Below are positions 41,638 through 51,566 of a stretch of 64,000 nucleotides of DNA, piece after piece. Source of the stretch: Paludibacter sp. UBA6032 (lineage in GTDB: Bacteria; Bacteroidota; Bacteroidia; Bacteroidales; Paludibacteraceae). The stretch's first letter is position 1. Every line of letters starts with the position of its first letter. Where the stretch lies: NCBI GenBank assembly GCA_002427885.1, contig DIZI01000009.1:52855-116854 (forward strand), in the 5' to 3' direction. Made by a program: the position numbers and the translations under genes. The notes below the pieces were generated by a model that saw only the letters and a list, made by a program, of their open reading frames with translations, was not told the origin of the DNA and searched no databases.

Positions 41638-41924
41638 AAGAAATTAGCTTTTAGTTTGGGTTTTGCAAAATTAGCTAAAACAATTAATAATGAAAAGTTT
41701 TTCAGACACAATCTTGGATCCGAACCGTGGCGTAAAAGTGGGAGAAAAGGTACTCTGATAGCACTGTTAACTCCATATCTATAGTAATACCCCAATTTCT
41801 AACTGCAACTCAGGATGTAATACAATTATGACTTTATGCCCGGTCCCGTCTTACAGGACAGGCAGCACCGACAGTATAAAGCCTATGTATTAGCCTGGCC
41901 TTCATATCTTGTTGATATTTACAG

Positions 41925-43199
41925 TTATCGTTTTGTTACTAAAATCTTATCAATACGTTGTCCGTCTTTATCAATAATTTCCAGTCGATATGAATCCATA
42001 TTGAGTTTATCGCCAATATTTGGTAAATTGTTGAATTTGTGAATAAAGAATCCCGCAATGGTAACAAAACTCCCGTTGATTTCTTCTTCCAACTCAATAT
42101 CAAAGTAATGCAGAAATTCGGTGAATGAATATTGACCATCAACAAACCAACTGTTTTCATCGCGTGGCGTAATTTCATATTCATTTTGGTTATGTTCTGT
42201 CACATCACCTATAAGCGCATCCACCACATCATCCATAGTTACAATTCCTTTTGTGGAGCCGTATTCATCTACCACAATGGCATAATGTATTCTTTCTGTT
42301 TTGAATTTTTCCAATAAGCTGTATGCAAAAGTACTTTCAGTCAGATACAAAGGTTCTTTTACATAGTCCCGAAGATTAAAGTTCTCATCAATCGAGGGCG
42401 TAAATAAATCTTTGAGCAACACAATTCCTATCACTTTATCAATATCATTTTCGCTGCAAACGGGATATGCCGAATGTTTTTCATCTGTGATTTTTTGTCG
42501 GATAGTTTGCAAGTCGTCTGTTTCGATGAAGAATACTATATCATTTTTATGAGTGAATAACGAGTTTACTTTTTTGTCGCCAAATTCGAAAACACGTTCA
42601 ACAATATCCTGTTCAATATCCTGAATTTCTCCACCTTCGGCACTTTCTTTAATAATATATTTTATTTCTTCTTCAGATATTTTGCTGTCCATTGTATTTT
42701 TTATCCCAAATATCTTAACAATCAAATCATTGGAGGTAGTCAGCAGCCACACAAAAGGGGAAGTAATAATAGAAAGAATCTTCATGGGTTTTGCCAGAAT
42801 AATGGCAATACCCTCGGGAAAAGTAAGTCCTAAACGTTTGGGAAACAGTTCACCAAGTACAATAGAGAAATAGGTAATCGAAATTACAATTATACCCACA
42901 GCAATATCATGTGAATATGGATTGAATAACCCAAACTGAGTTAGAAATAGCTCTACATTTCGTGTTAAATTTTCGCCACTGTACACACCAAGAAATATCC
43001 CTATAAGTGTAATGCCTATCTGAACCGTAGACAAAAATTTTGTGGGATTTTCAGCAAGTTCTAAAGCTGTCCTGGCGCCTTTGCTTCCTTTCTTCTTTGC
43101 ACTTTCAAGTTTAAATTTTCGTGAAGAGACCAATGACATTTCCGACATGGAAAATACACCGTTTAGAAGTATAAGACCAATGATAATAATTATTTCCAA
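41925..43199 (-). CDS. Hemolysin/CNNM-CBS-CorC family protein
   Basis: FLSTVQIGIT, GEL.PK, CBS pair, VVDEYG, CorC_HlyC tail. Confidence 0.93.
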   Translation of the reverse strand: MEIIIIIGLILLNGVFSMSEMSLVSSRKFKLESAKKKGSKGARTALELAENPTKFLSTVQIGITLIGIFLGVYSGENLTRNVELFLTQFGLFNPYSHDIAVGIIVISITYFSIVLGELFPKRLGLTFPEGIAIILAKPMKILSIITSPFVWLLTTSNDLIVKIFGIKNTMDSKISEEEIKYIIKESAEGGEIQDIEQDIVERVFEFGDKKVNSLFTHKNDIVFFIETDDLQTIRQKITDEKHSAYPVCSENDIDKVIGIVLLKDLFTPSIDENFNLRDYVKEPLYLTESTFAYSLLEKFKTERIHYAIVVDEYGSTKGIVTMDDVVDALIGDVTEHNQNEYEITPRDENSWFVDGQYSFTEFLHYFDIELEEEINGSFVTIAGFFIHKFNNLPNIGDKLNMDSYRLEIIDKDGQRIDKILVTKR

Positions 43200-43499
43200 A
43201 ATATAAGTGAGTTAAAATAGATATGAATAATGAGAATGTTTCGCTACAAATTTAGTGATTATTTTTTTCTTGTTGCTTGTAATATAATTATTCTTTTCAG
43301 GGAGTTTGATTACGTCGATTTCCAAATCACCCCAAGCCTCTCACAACTTGTTCAGCCATTCGCGGGAGAACCCCCCCGATAAATATCGAAAACTTCTGGT
43401 ACATACACTCGTAATTACATATCCCAACAACCGCACAACCATTTTCTCTTTTATGAACATATCTGGAAGGACGGGTCGTGCCGACCATACGAAGTCCTT

Positions 43500-44231
43500 C
43501 TATGTATTCGTGGCAGTGATTATTTCTTTGGATTTTGTATCGAAAATAATTAAACCTTCTTCTTTGTCTCCAAGTTGCCCAATTAATTCTCCTTTCTCAT
43601 TCCAAACCGATGATTTTCCTGCACATTCATATCCTCCTGATTTTCCAACATAATTTGCCATAAATGTTAGCATATTTTTATTCTTAGCTATATCAGCTAG
43701 TTTTTTTAGTTCAGTATCAATTCCTCCAATTGAACTTAATACACTTGCTATATAAATTGTTGCATTATGTTGGCTTGCATACTCGCAATGTGCCTTATTA
43801 GACGTTTCATAACAAATTGCAGGGGATATAACTTCTGTTTCTATATTAAGAACCAATGGATTTTTGCCTGCTGTAAAAATCGATTTTTCTGGTGGATATA
43901 AATACTGTTTTGAATAGGTTATTCGCTCCTTATAAGGTTGAAAAATAATCATACTGACAAATATATCCTTTTCTTTTCTTGTTGGCAATCCAACTCCAAT
44001 TGTGATTCTGTTCTTATCGCTTAGGCTTTGCATCTCATCCAATCTTGTATCATCTTGATTGGTAGCAAGACTCTCTGCTAAATCAGGTTCGTAACCAGAT
44101 AATGACAACTCAGGAAAAACCACCATATCCGCTTTATTCTGAATTGCTTGTTTTATCCATTTAAAATGATTTTCTATATTTTTCTCAATATCTCCTTTTA
44201 TTGCCTCTATTTGTGCTATTGCTATTCTCAT
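43500..44231 (-). CDS. Carbon-nitrogen hydrolase (nitrilase superfamily)
   Basis: FPELS, Y.K, ICYE catalytic E-K-C triad. Confidence 0.9.
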   Translation of the reverse strand: MRIAIAQIEAIKGDIEKNIENHFKWIKQAIQNKADMVVFPELSLSGYEPDLAESLATNQDDTRLDEMQSLSDKNRITIGVGLPTRKEKDIFVSMIIFQPYKERITYSKQYLYPPEKSIFTAGKNPLVLNIETEVISPAICYETSNKAHCEYASQHNATIYIASVLSSIGGIDTELKKLADIAKNKNMLTFMANYVGKSGGYECAGKSSVWNEKGELIGQLGDKEEGLIIFDTKSKEIITATNT

Positions 44232-44361
44232 ACTATTAGATATTTAAATTTCCACTCTTCCCCTTGTTTGTTCCCGATAGCCCCAATAGCTATCGGGGGG
44301 ACTGCTAAGTACAGAGCTTGCCCCGTTCTATCGGGGTCAACCAGCAGGTGAGCCGGCTTGT

Positions 44362-45138
44362 GTTAGGCGGTCGTTTTTTTATTCGTTGTCGTATTCGTAA
44401 ATATAATATTCTTTAGATTTGTCTGGGAATAAAACTGTTTCTTTTGTTGGTCTATTATTTTTGTCAATAATGTAACTGGATTCTACTAAACCAATTCCAT
44501 CAAATTCAGAGTTTACTTCATTTTGTTCTAAGAGCAAATTACCCTTTGAATCATATTCATACATGTTTTTTTGAAACCAAGTGCCATCATCTAAATATTG
44601 TATTTCTGAAATTATCTTGTTTTTGTAGTTATATTTGAGCGAATCAATAGAATAAAGTTCTCCGTTAGAATAATTTTCAATAACTTCTAAATTGTCAGTA
44701 AACTTATGTTTTGTCGCAGATTCAAGTTTTTCGTCTCTGTCAAAGCATTTTGTTTCTGTTAGTTTGTTGTCTTTTCCGTAAATAAGGATAGTCTTAGTCG
44801 ATAATTTTCTATTTGAATATCTGAATTCCTTTATTTTTAGATTTCCTTCAAATTCATAAGCGAAACTATCTGTCAAAGATATACCATTGTCTAAATACTG
44901 AATCCATTTTGTCTGATTGTTTTGACTGTCAAAACTTTTAAATTCAGACTTGTCAATTTTCTTTCCTTTTGAATCTGCATGCCACTTCGTATATGAATAT
45001 TTCCGTTGTGAATTCGCATGATTACAAGAAATCAATACACTGAATAAAAGTGTCAAAATTAGTTTGAAGTTTCTCATTGTCTATATCTTATTTTTTTCTA
45101 AAATGCCGCCTAACGACCGAGGCGTGTGTTAGGGGCAT
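44362..45138 (-). mobile_element. Integron-cassette-like unit (core and inverse-core sites around one gene)
   Basis: On the gene strand GTTAGGCGG (45114-45106) precedes and CCGCCTAAC (44370-44362) follows the ORF, matching GTTRRRY/RYYYAAC. No integrase in the window. Confidence 0.5.
44379..45077 (-). CDS. Hypothetical lipoprotein with YD-like beta repeats
   Basis: Lipobox LISC; YEYDSKGN-type repeats. Confidence 0.7.
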   Translation of the reverse strand: MRNFKLILTLLFSVLISCNHANSQRKYSYTKWHADSKGKKIDKSEFKSFDSQNNQTKWIQYLDNGISLTDSFAYEFEGNLKIKEFRYSNRKLSTKTILIYGKDNKLTETKCFDRDEKLESATKHKFTDNLEVIENYSNGELYSIDSLKYNYKNKIISEIQYLDDGTWFQKNMYEYDSKGNLLLEQNEVNSEFDGIGLVESSYIIDKNNRPTKETVLFPDKSKEYYIYEYDNE

Positions 45139-45364
45139 ACCCTTTTTTATTTATTGTCTGTAAAATATACATTGTTCCAATTCATTAAACACCAACAGCA
45201 CTCTCTCCCTCGTTTGTTCCCGATAACTATTCCGGACTCATCCACCAGGATCAAACTTTACTCATTTAATAAGTATATCCGCGAGGACAGGACAGACTAA
45301 GCCAAACATTTACACACTACGCTCAACAGAGATGAGTTGACTTTGACACATCCTTTCACTTGCT

Positions 45365-46003
45365 TTATACTTTCAGAATCTCTATTATTGATTTTCTGTA
45401 CTTATCCCATTCCTTGTATTTTAAATGATATGATACTTTGTAATTTGGATTTTTTCCTCTGTAAAGAGCTATCAACGGACGACCCAATTTATTTTTATCT
45501 GCAGGAATAGGAATTTCCCTTTTACATTCATAAATTTCTGGAGCAGTGTATTTTGAAGTTTTTTTATCACCCAATACTTCCAACAATAGTTGAGATGTCA
45601 ACAATACAGGTATCTTTGGGTCAAAAACAGATAATTCTTCTTTCATACGCTCCACCCAAAACTCCTCCGCTACTTTTTTCCAAATTTTATTTACGCCTGT
45701 TTCCAAATCAAAATAATTTCTACAAAGATTTTGCGTGTAAACAGTTTCCCATTTCAAATCTATTGCTTTTAATTGCTCCATATGCATTTTAATAAACTGT
45801 TTAAATTCATTTCCGGCATAATTATGAGCAAATACATAAGGGAAATGTATATTGTACTTCAGATTGGTGGGGTCACAGCCCAAATAAATGGCTTGTACTG
45901 CTTCAATACCACCGGGACAATAGGCTTTCGGTAAATCATTCGTTACTACTATTTGTTCACCGTAAGTTTCGCGAAGTTGGTTGATAAGCTCCTGGTCATT
46001 CAT
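45365..46003 (-). CDS. Hypothetical protein, possibly divergent UDG-superfamily fold
   Basis: IYLGCDP, VYTQNLC and VLLTS spaced like UDG-family motifs; by-eye inference. Confidence 0.6.
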   Translation of the reverse strand: MNDQELINQLRETYGEQIVVTNDLPKAYCPGGIEAVQAIYLGCDPTNLKYNIHFPYVFAHNYAGNEFKQFIKMHMEQLKAIDLKWETVYTQNLCRNYFDLETGVNKIWKKVAEEFWVERMKEELSVFDPKIPVLLTSQLLLEVLGDKKTSKYTAPEIYECKREIPIPADKNKLGRPLIALYRGKNPNYKVSYHLKYKEWDKYRKSIIEILKV

Positions 46004-46139
46004 AATAGTTTTGTATTAGGTCTTTATAACTCTCTTTTTATTTAGCCTTGTCTATTTATATCTGTCTGTTATATTCCTTACGGATTACAATTTTTCGCTT
46101 TACTCAAGACCGTTGGGTCACAACTACCAAGCATATCCG

Positions 46140-46745
46140 CTAGGTCGAGGTTAGTACTTCACGATACTGTTTTTTTCGTTTATCGACTCCATTATCACCC
46201 ATATTTCTTAATGCAAGGGGTGAAGGTGAATACAGAATGTGGACTTTATATAGTTTACCATTTATTTTTATTGATTGCTCTTTGGGGTTATTGGATATTT
46301 TTGAGTGATAGGTTTTAAAATAATCATTTACCAGTTTTTTTACAAATTCACTAGTATAAATAAGTGTGTCGATTGATGGAAAATCAATTAATATCTGTCT
46401 TAAATCTTTATATTCAATTTCTTTTAGTTTATCATCACTTGCCTGATTATTTTCGTGATAACATATTTCAATAATATCAGTTATTCCTATATTTAAACTT
46501 TCAAGAAGTTTCTGTCTCTGTTCATTTGATTTGCTGTTATTTAGATATTCAAATTTTGTTTTAAATACTTCTTCAAGTAATGGCCAGAAATGATTATCTC
46601 TACTACCATAATAAAAATTCACATCATCCTCTAAAAGGTGATATGGCTCTTTACAAAATCTTGGTGGTGGTATTGTTCCTATAATCAATTTAGTGGAATT
46701 AATTGGAATAAATGGTTGAAAAGGATGCTGTGATTTCATATACAT
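46140..46745 (-). CDS. Uracil-DNA glycosylase superfamily protein (MUG/HDG-like)
   Basis: HPF.PF, IIGTIPP, FYYG..N.FW, I.ITDI, LYSPSP. Confidence 0.8.
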   Translation of the reverse strand: MYMKSQHPFQPFIPINSTKLIIGTIPPPRFCKEPYHLLEDDVNFYYGSRDNHFWPLLEEVFKTKFEYLNNSKSNEQRQKLLESLNIGITDIIEICYHENNQASDDKLKEIEYKDLRQILIDFPSIDTLIYTSEFVKKLVNDYFKTYHSKISNNPKEQSIKINGKLYKVHILYSPSPLALRNMGDNGVDKRKKQYREVLTST

Positions 46746-46752
46746 ATTGTAT

Positions 46753-47082
46753 TTAATTTATAAATCCTCCATTTTTCTCAATGTATTCGAGTATTAAATG
46801 TACTACTGCTTTTACATTATTTTCTGGTACAAGAATTTTAAGGTTCTTAAACTCCAGTAAAACATCATTTTCAATTTCGTCCCAATAGAAACTTCCCCCA
46901 ATACCAATCTTTGAATTCCATATTTCTGAGAATATGTTATCTATATGCAACCAATTATTTAATGATAAATTAAATTCAATATGTGAATTGACATAATTAT
47001 AAACTTTGATTGAATCGATATTACTTTCGTAAGGATTTTCATCCTCATGAACTTCATTTTTTCTAAAAATATCTATTATCAT
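46753..47082 (-). CDS. Hypothetical acidic protein
   Basis: AT-rich ORF ending 7 bp before the UDG-like gene. Confidence 0.65.
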   Translation of the reverse strand: MIIDIFRKNEVHEDENPYESNIDSIKVYNYVNSHIEFNLSLNNWLHIDNIFSEIWNSKIGIGGSFYWDEIENDVLLEFKNLKILVPENNVKAVVHLILEYIEKNGGFIN

Positions 47083-47094
47083 ATATTAAACTCT

Positions 47095-47205
47095 AAAACC
47101 CACGCTAGTTAAGGTAACGACCCATGCAATCCCCGTCCTAACGGAGTTTGACCTGTGCTTCTTTCTTTAATGGCACGGTTTACAAAACCGCGCCTGCTAG
47201 GGTTG
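47095..47205. repeat. REP-like palindrome
   Basis: ggcacggttt-acaa-aaccgcgcc hairpin in the intergenic gap. Confidence 0.45.
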
Positions 47206-47216
47206 ATTTATTATGC

Positions 47217-47636
47217 TTAATCATTATTTATTTTTTCAAATGATTTTTTTGAAGTACATTTAAATGCAAATGGACGCGGTGTTTTATCTGCCAAGTGTTT
47301 AATTTCTTCCCATCTATTTATTACTAGCTTAACTAAATCCCAATATAAATATCCGTTTTTTGATGGCGGTTTAATGAAGAAAATGCCTAATCCATGTTCT
47401 AAATAAAGTAATCGTTGCTGTTGATTACTATTTATTCTCAAATCTTGAGTAATTACAATTGCTCCTTCCTGCCCTGCAATTGGAATCCATTCTTCGTCTT
47501 TTACTCCTTCTCCAAAGAAGTCTTTAATAGAAACAATTTCACAACAACACCTTTCTTTATTATTTAATGGCTCTTGCAAATGATGTAAGCCAGGAGCAAT
47601 TTGAGGAGCAATATTTTCATCAATATATACTTTCAT
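47217..47636 (-). CDS. PIN-domain toxin (VapC45-like)
   Basis: YIDEN, G..DEEWI, VITQD.RI; paired with a DUF433 gene. Confidence 0.82.
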   Translation of the reverse strand: MKVYIDENIAPQIAPGLHHLQEPLNNKERCCCEIVSIKDFFGEGVKDEEWIPIAGQEGAIVITQDLRINSNQQQRLLYLEHGLGIFFIKPPSKNGYLYWDLVKLVINRWEEIKHLADKTPRPFAFKCTSKKSFEKINND

Positions 47637-47652
47637 AATTTTCTGGTTTTAG

Positions 47653-48303
47653 CTAATTAAATAACGATATTGAATCAAATACTTCCTTTTTTGATATTTT
47701 ATATAATGCAGCTATAAATTCTGGAGATTCACCACCTTTATATAAATTATATAATTGTCTAGCTAAAATGTTTGTATTTGGAACTGTCGGTTGACCAAAT
47801 TGATGTGAGGGATCAATTACAACATTGACATTTGAACCTCTTGGCCAGAATCTCTTAGCCAGGAAGTCATCCCCAAATTCGATTCTTGTACAAAATGGTA
47901 AAATAACTCCTTGAATATTTGTCTGTAAACCTGGTTCTGCATCGATAATAGAATTGTCCTCTTCGAAAAGCACTTTACATCCATCAGTCAAAATTTTTGA
48001 ACTGGCAAATGGATAAGGTGTGTTTAATTTTTCTTGAATTACATCATGAGCCATAATGATCTTCTTAACTGAGATGTTTTGATTCCTCAATTGATAGAAT
48101 GTGTAAAATTCTATTAGGGTAAGAAAATTTAACGTTTTGTATCGACCATCACCCCAAGAATAAGTTTCATTTTTTGCAGATGTAATCCTTGTATTCCAGA
48201 TTTCATCTAACCAACGCTTTACTTTGGGATTTGACAGTCCCAAGAATAAAGAAGTTTCTTGTATTGAAAATACACCAGATCCAAATTGTATACTCATATT
48301 CAA
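47653..48303 (-). CDS. DUF433 antitoxin (VapB45-like)
   Basis: N-terminal HTH, LNFL.LIE, YPFA, VVIDP...FGQP...GES...IA..Y. Confidence 0.85.
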   Translation of the reverse strand: MNMSIQFGSGVFSIQETSLFLGLSNPKVKRWLDEIWNTRITSAKNETYSWGDGRYKTLNFLTLIEFYTFYQLRNQNISVKKIIMAHDVIQEKLNTPYPFASSKILTDGCKVLFEEDNSIIDAEPGLQTNIQGVILPFCTRIEFGDDFLAKRFWPRGSNVNVVIDPSHQFGQPTVPNTNILARQLYNLYKGGESPEFIAALYKISKKEVFDSISLFN

Positions 48304-48343
48304 ATAATTTTAAATAATACAATACAAATAATTTAGCTTATTC

Positions 48344-50956
48344 TTATTTCTTCCTATACTCCACTTCCGGCTCAGCCGCCATCAGCATCTCCTTATCCGC
48401 ACTCTCAAAGTCCCCGGAATTTATCCCGATTTTTATCGGGAGGGGGTTGGGGGCAGTTCCCCACACTTTCCCTATCCTGTCTTTTATCTTTTGCTCAAAA
48501 ATGGCTATCAGCTCCTTATTGGCATTTACCAAAGATTGCTCGTTTTCAATTCGGGCTACGATTTGGCGTTGAATGTCTGACGATGGAATAGGAATATTAA
48601 AAGCTCTCATTGTTTGTAGTGAAACATTTTGTATTGTACTTCCAGTTGCCATTCTTTGTGCGTAATCAATAAAATTTGCAGATTGCAGATAAATCTTGAC
48701 ATAATCTTTATCTACATTTTTCTTCAGGTTTATATAGCAAATACTTTTACCCAATACTATTTTTTCACCATTATACAGAGCGACATTGCCTAATGTTCCA
48801 TTTATAGATACAAAGATCGTTCTATCAGTTAAATCTTTTTTATATTTTAGATATTCTTCTTGTGTGACTTTTTTAGTTTCTGATTTTATCGCAATTTTAT
48901 TGTCAAGTAAATTATTACCATTGACAAATAAATAATCACCTTCATTTGAATATTCTGGTGTTCCATGTAAACCGTCACCAATCTTTGTTGAAATTGACTG
49001 CAATTCCACCATTTCCCATTCTGGATCAATATCAATCTTGGGTTTGTAGTTCTCTACTACCATTTTGGCACCATCTATTATTTTTTGATAGCTTTCTATT
49101 TCGGCTACTATTTCTTCCTGAACGGAAAGAGGAGGAAGAGGGATTTCGAGTGTTCTAAAGCTAGAAGTTGATAACTCTTTGAATGTCCCGCCAGTTGCCA
49201 TTGAATTCATTTTATCAATAAGCTGAGTCATCATTAATGCTACAAAATAGGTATTTGCCTTTTGAAAATCATTAATAATAATATTTTTGAATCCTTGATT
49301 TGTTGAACATTCATTCTTAATTATTGCAATTCTTCCTATTGTAGCTCTTGTTGAAACGAGTATTGAATTGATTGGTAAAAGTTTTGCTGATGAATTTTTC
49401 AGTCCACTCTCAGTAATTTTTCTAGAAGTATTATATATTGTTGAAATAAACTCTTTTTGTGGTAAGTCTGTCAATGTAGCCCAATTTATATTCCCATTCC
49501 AATAGTCTTCAATCTCTGAACTTGGTGTACCTCCAGAAACAACTTTGAATATATTTTCGTAAGATAGTGCCACCATATCATAATTTGAATTAGAGATGAT
49601 GGTGCTTTTATATCTTTCCCCACTCAAATTATAATCCCCCTTTTCAGCAATTACCAATTTGGATACGGCATGTGCAATATCACTTGCTTCAAAAGTTCCG
49701 GCTTTGTAGTGTTTAATAATGTCAATAGCTTGTTTCAGTTGTCCACCTTTTACCGCATTGCGTTGAGCTCCTAAATTAAAGCCGTCATTATCCACTTTTA
49801 CAAACAGAATTTCATCCCTTGTTTTTGAAAGTTCTTTGTCCATTAATAAAATGGAAGTTTTCACTCCGCTGTACGGATTAAAAATTCCGGCCGGTAAACT
49901 TACCACGGCATACAGGTAATTATCCACCAGCATTTTGCGCAGGTCTTTATAGGCTGTTCCGCTCTGGAAGATGACGCCTTCGGGAACAATGATTCCTGCA
50001 CGTCCTTTGGGGTTGAGGTGTTCGGCTATATAATCCACAAACAGCACTTCGCTGCGGTTGCTGGCAATGCTGAACTTTTTATGCGGACGAATTCCGCCTT
50101 TCGGACTCATAAAGGGTGGATTGGCCAATATCACATCAAAGCTTTCGTTCCAACGTTCTTCGCTGCTCAGGGTGTCGTATTCCGAGATGTGCGGATCGCT
50201 GAATCCATGCAGATACAGGTTTACCAGACTCAACCGCACCATATCAGGGGAAATGTCATAACCCGTGAAGTTTTGTATCAGCTTTTTACGCTCATCGGGA
50301 GTTAGTTCGTTTTTGTTTTGCTCCTTGATATGCTTAAATGCCGATATCAGGAAACCCGCTGTTCCGCAAGCCGGGTCGAGTACGGTGTCTGTCTTACCGG
50401 GATTAACTGCTGCCACTAAAAAGTCAATGATATGGCGCGGAGTGCGAAACTGTCCGGCATCGCCCTGCGAGCCCATGACCGAAAGCAGGTATTCAAAAGC
50501 ATCGCCCAGCTTTTCGCTGTGTGAATATTCAAACTCATTAATTGTTTTCAGAAACATCTTTAGTGTTTCCGGGTCGCGGTAAGGCAAATAGGCATTTTTA
50601 AAAATATCCCGAAACAGTTGAGGGATGTTTGGGTTTTTATCCATCCCGGCAATGGCCTCGGCATAGAGCGTCAACATCTCGGTGGCAGTTACCTTGGCAT
50701 CAAACAAATTATCCCAACTGTATTTTTCGAATTTAATTATCAATAGCTTATCCACATCCTTTGGATCGGGAATACTGTAATTTGAAAAGAACTTCGCCTT
50801 TCCGCCCATTTCCACGGCTTCCTTGTCCATGTCGTCCATGAACTTATATATCAGGCCAATGGTAATTTGCTCAATCTGTGCTTTCGGGTCGGGTAACTTG
50901 CCTACCAGTATATCGCGGCAATCATCAATTCTTCTTTTCGTTGCTGAATCTAACAT
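48344..50956 (-). CDS. Fused type I R-M N6-adenine methyltransferase and specificity subunit (HsdM-HsdS)
   Basis: GQFRTPRH, DPACGTAGF, NPPF; two TRDs (GGTPS..., IPLPPLSVQEEIV, IPIP...Q..IV). Confidence 0.92.
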   Translation of the reverse strand: MLDSATKRRIDDCRDILVGKLPDPKAQIEQITIGLIYKFMDDMDKEAVEMGGKAKFFSNYSIPDPKDVDKLLIIKFEKYSWDNLFDAKVTATEMLTLYAEAIAGMDKNPNIPQLFRDIFKNAYLPYRDPETLKMFLKTINEFEYSHSEKLGDAFEYLLSVMGSQGDAGQFRTPRHIIDFLVAAVNPGKTDTVLDPACGTAGFLISAFKHIKEQNKNELTPDERKKLIQNFTGYDISPDMVRLSLVNLYLHGFSDPHISEYDTLSSEERWNESFDVILANPPFMSPKGGIRPHKKFSIASNRSEVLFVDYIAEHLNPKGRAGIIVPEGVIFQSGTAYKDLRKMLVDNYLYAVVSLPAGIFNPYSGVKTSILLMDKELSKTRDEILFVKVDNDGFNLGAQRNAVKGGQLKQAIDIIKHYKAGTFEASDIAHAVSKLVIAEKGDYNLSGERYKSTIISNSNYDMVALSYENIFKVVSGGTPSSEIEDYWNGNINWATLTDLPQKEFISTIYNTSRKITESGLKNSSAKLLPINSILVSTRATIGRIAIIKNECSTNQGFKNIIINDFQKANTYFVALMMTQLIDKMNSMATGGTFKELSTSSFRTLEIPLPPLSVQEEIVAEIESYQKIIDGAKMVVENYKPKIDIDPEWEMVELQSISTKIGDGLHGTPEYSNEGDYLFVNGNNLLDNKIAIKSETKKVTQEEYLKYKKDLTDRTIFVSINGTLGNVALYNGEKIVLGKSICYINLKKNVDKDYVKIYLQSANFIDYAQRMATGSTIQNVSLQTMRAFNIPIPSSDIQRQIVARIENEQSLVNANKELIAIFEQKIKDRIGKVWGTAPNPLPIKIGINSGDFESADKEMLMAAEPEVEYRKK

Positions 50957-50992
50957 TTTATATTTGTGTGTTTCTGTAATTACTTTTTTATA

Positions 50993-51077
50993 ACCGTAGG
51001 AGTTTGCTTTGCATAACCCCCGGATTTATCCGGGGGTAGATAATGTGTCAAAGGTAAGAACTCCGGAGGAGTTCACC
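50993..51077. repeat. REP-like flank of the Y1 transposase (left)
   Basis: accgtagg...gcataacccccgg-attta-tccggggg...aactccggaggagtt; inverted homolog of 51567-51649. Confidence 0.8.
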
Positions 51078-51091
51078 AATACAAACCTACA

Positions 51092-51544
51092 CTATTCATC
51101 AAAAAGAAACTTCTCATCAAACTGAATCCCATTCTCAGTCAACAGATTTCGAAGTTCATCTTCAAATGTAACTTTCCGGTGATGTTCTTTCTGATTCCTG
51201 ATATAATTTACGATCATATCCTTATCTCTCAGGTTGTAAGTTATGCTACAATACCCTTCGGCCCATGATTCGAATTTTGGAAAATTTCCCGTTTGCTTTA
51301 TCCATAGATTTGAAGCTGTTTTAATCTCTTTGATAAAGTCAGCCAATCCAATAGAAGAATGTAAATCACAAAAAATATGTATATGGTTTTCTGTTCCGTT
51401 TATTCTATATAAAACAGTTTTCCTGTTTTTAATTATGCCCCAGATATATTTATAAAGTTCTTCCTGATGTTCTTCCGGTAATGTGTTTTGACGTCGATAA
51501 GTACAAAATACAATATGGTGCAATGATTGGCGGTAACTATTCAT
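51092..51544 (-). CDS. tnpA: IS200/RAYT-type Y1 HUH transposase
   Basis: HIVF.T, HIH (HUH), W.EGY, NYI.NQ..HH; 150 aa; no tnpB. Confidence 0.92.
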   Translation of the reverse strand: MNSYRQSLHHIVFCTYRRQNTLPEEHQEELYKYIWGIIKNRKTVLYRINGTENHIHIFCDLHSSIGLADFIKEIKTASNLWIKQTGNFPKFESWAEGYCSITYNLRDKDMIVNYIRNQKEHHRKVTFEDELRNLLTENGIQFDEKFLFDE

Positions 51545-51566
51545 TGTATTAAGTTTTTATAGTTTA

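Noticed and set aside
43300-43500. Group II intron remnant (GTGCG on the minus strand)
   Set aside because: No domain V hairpin and no reverse transcriptase in the window.
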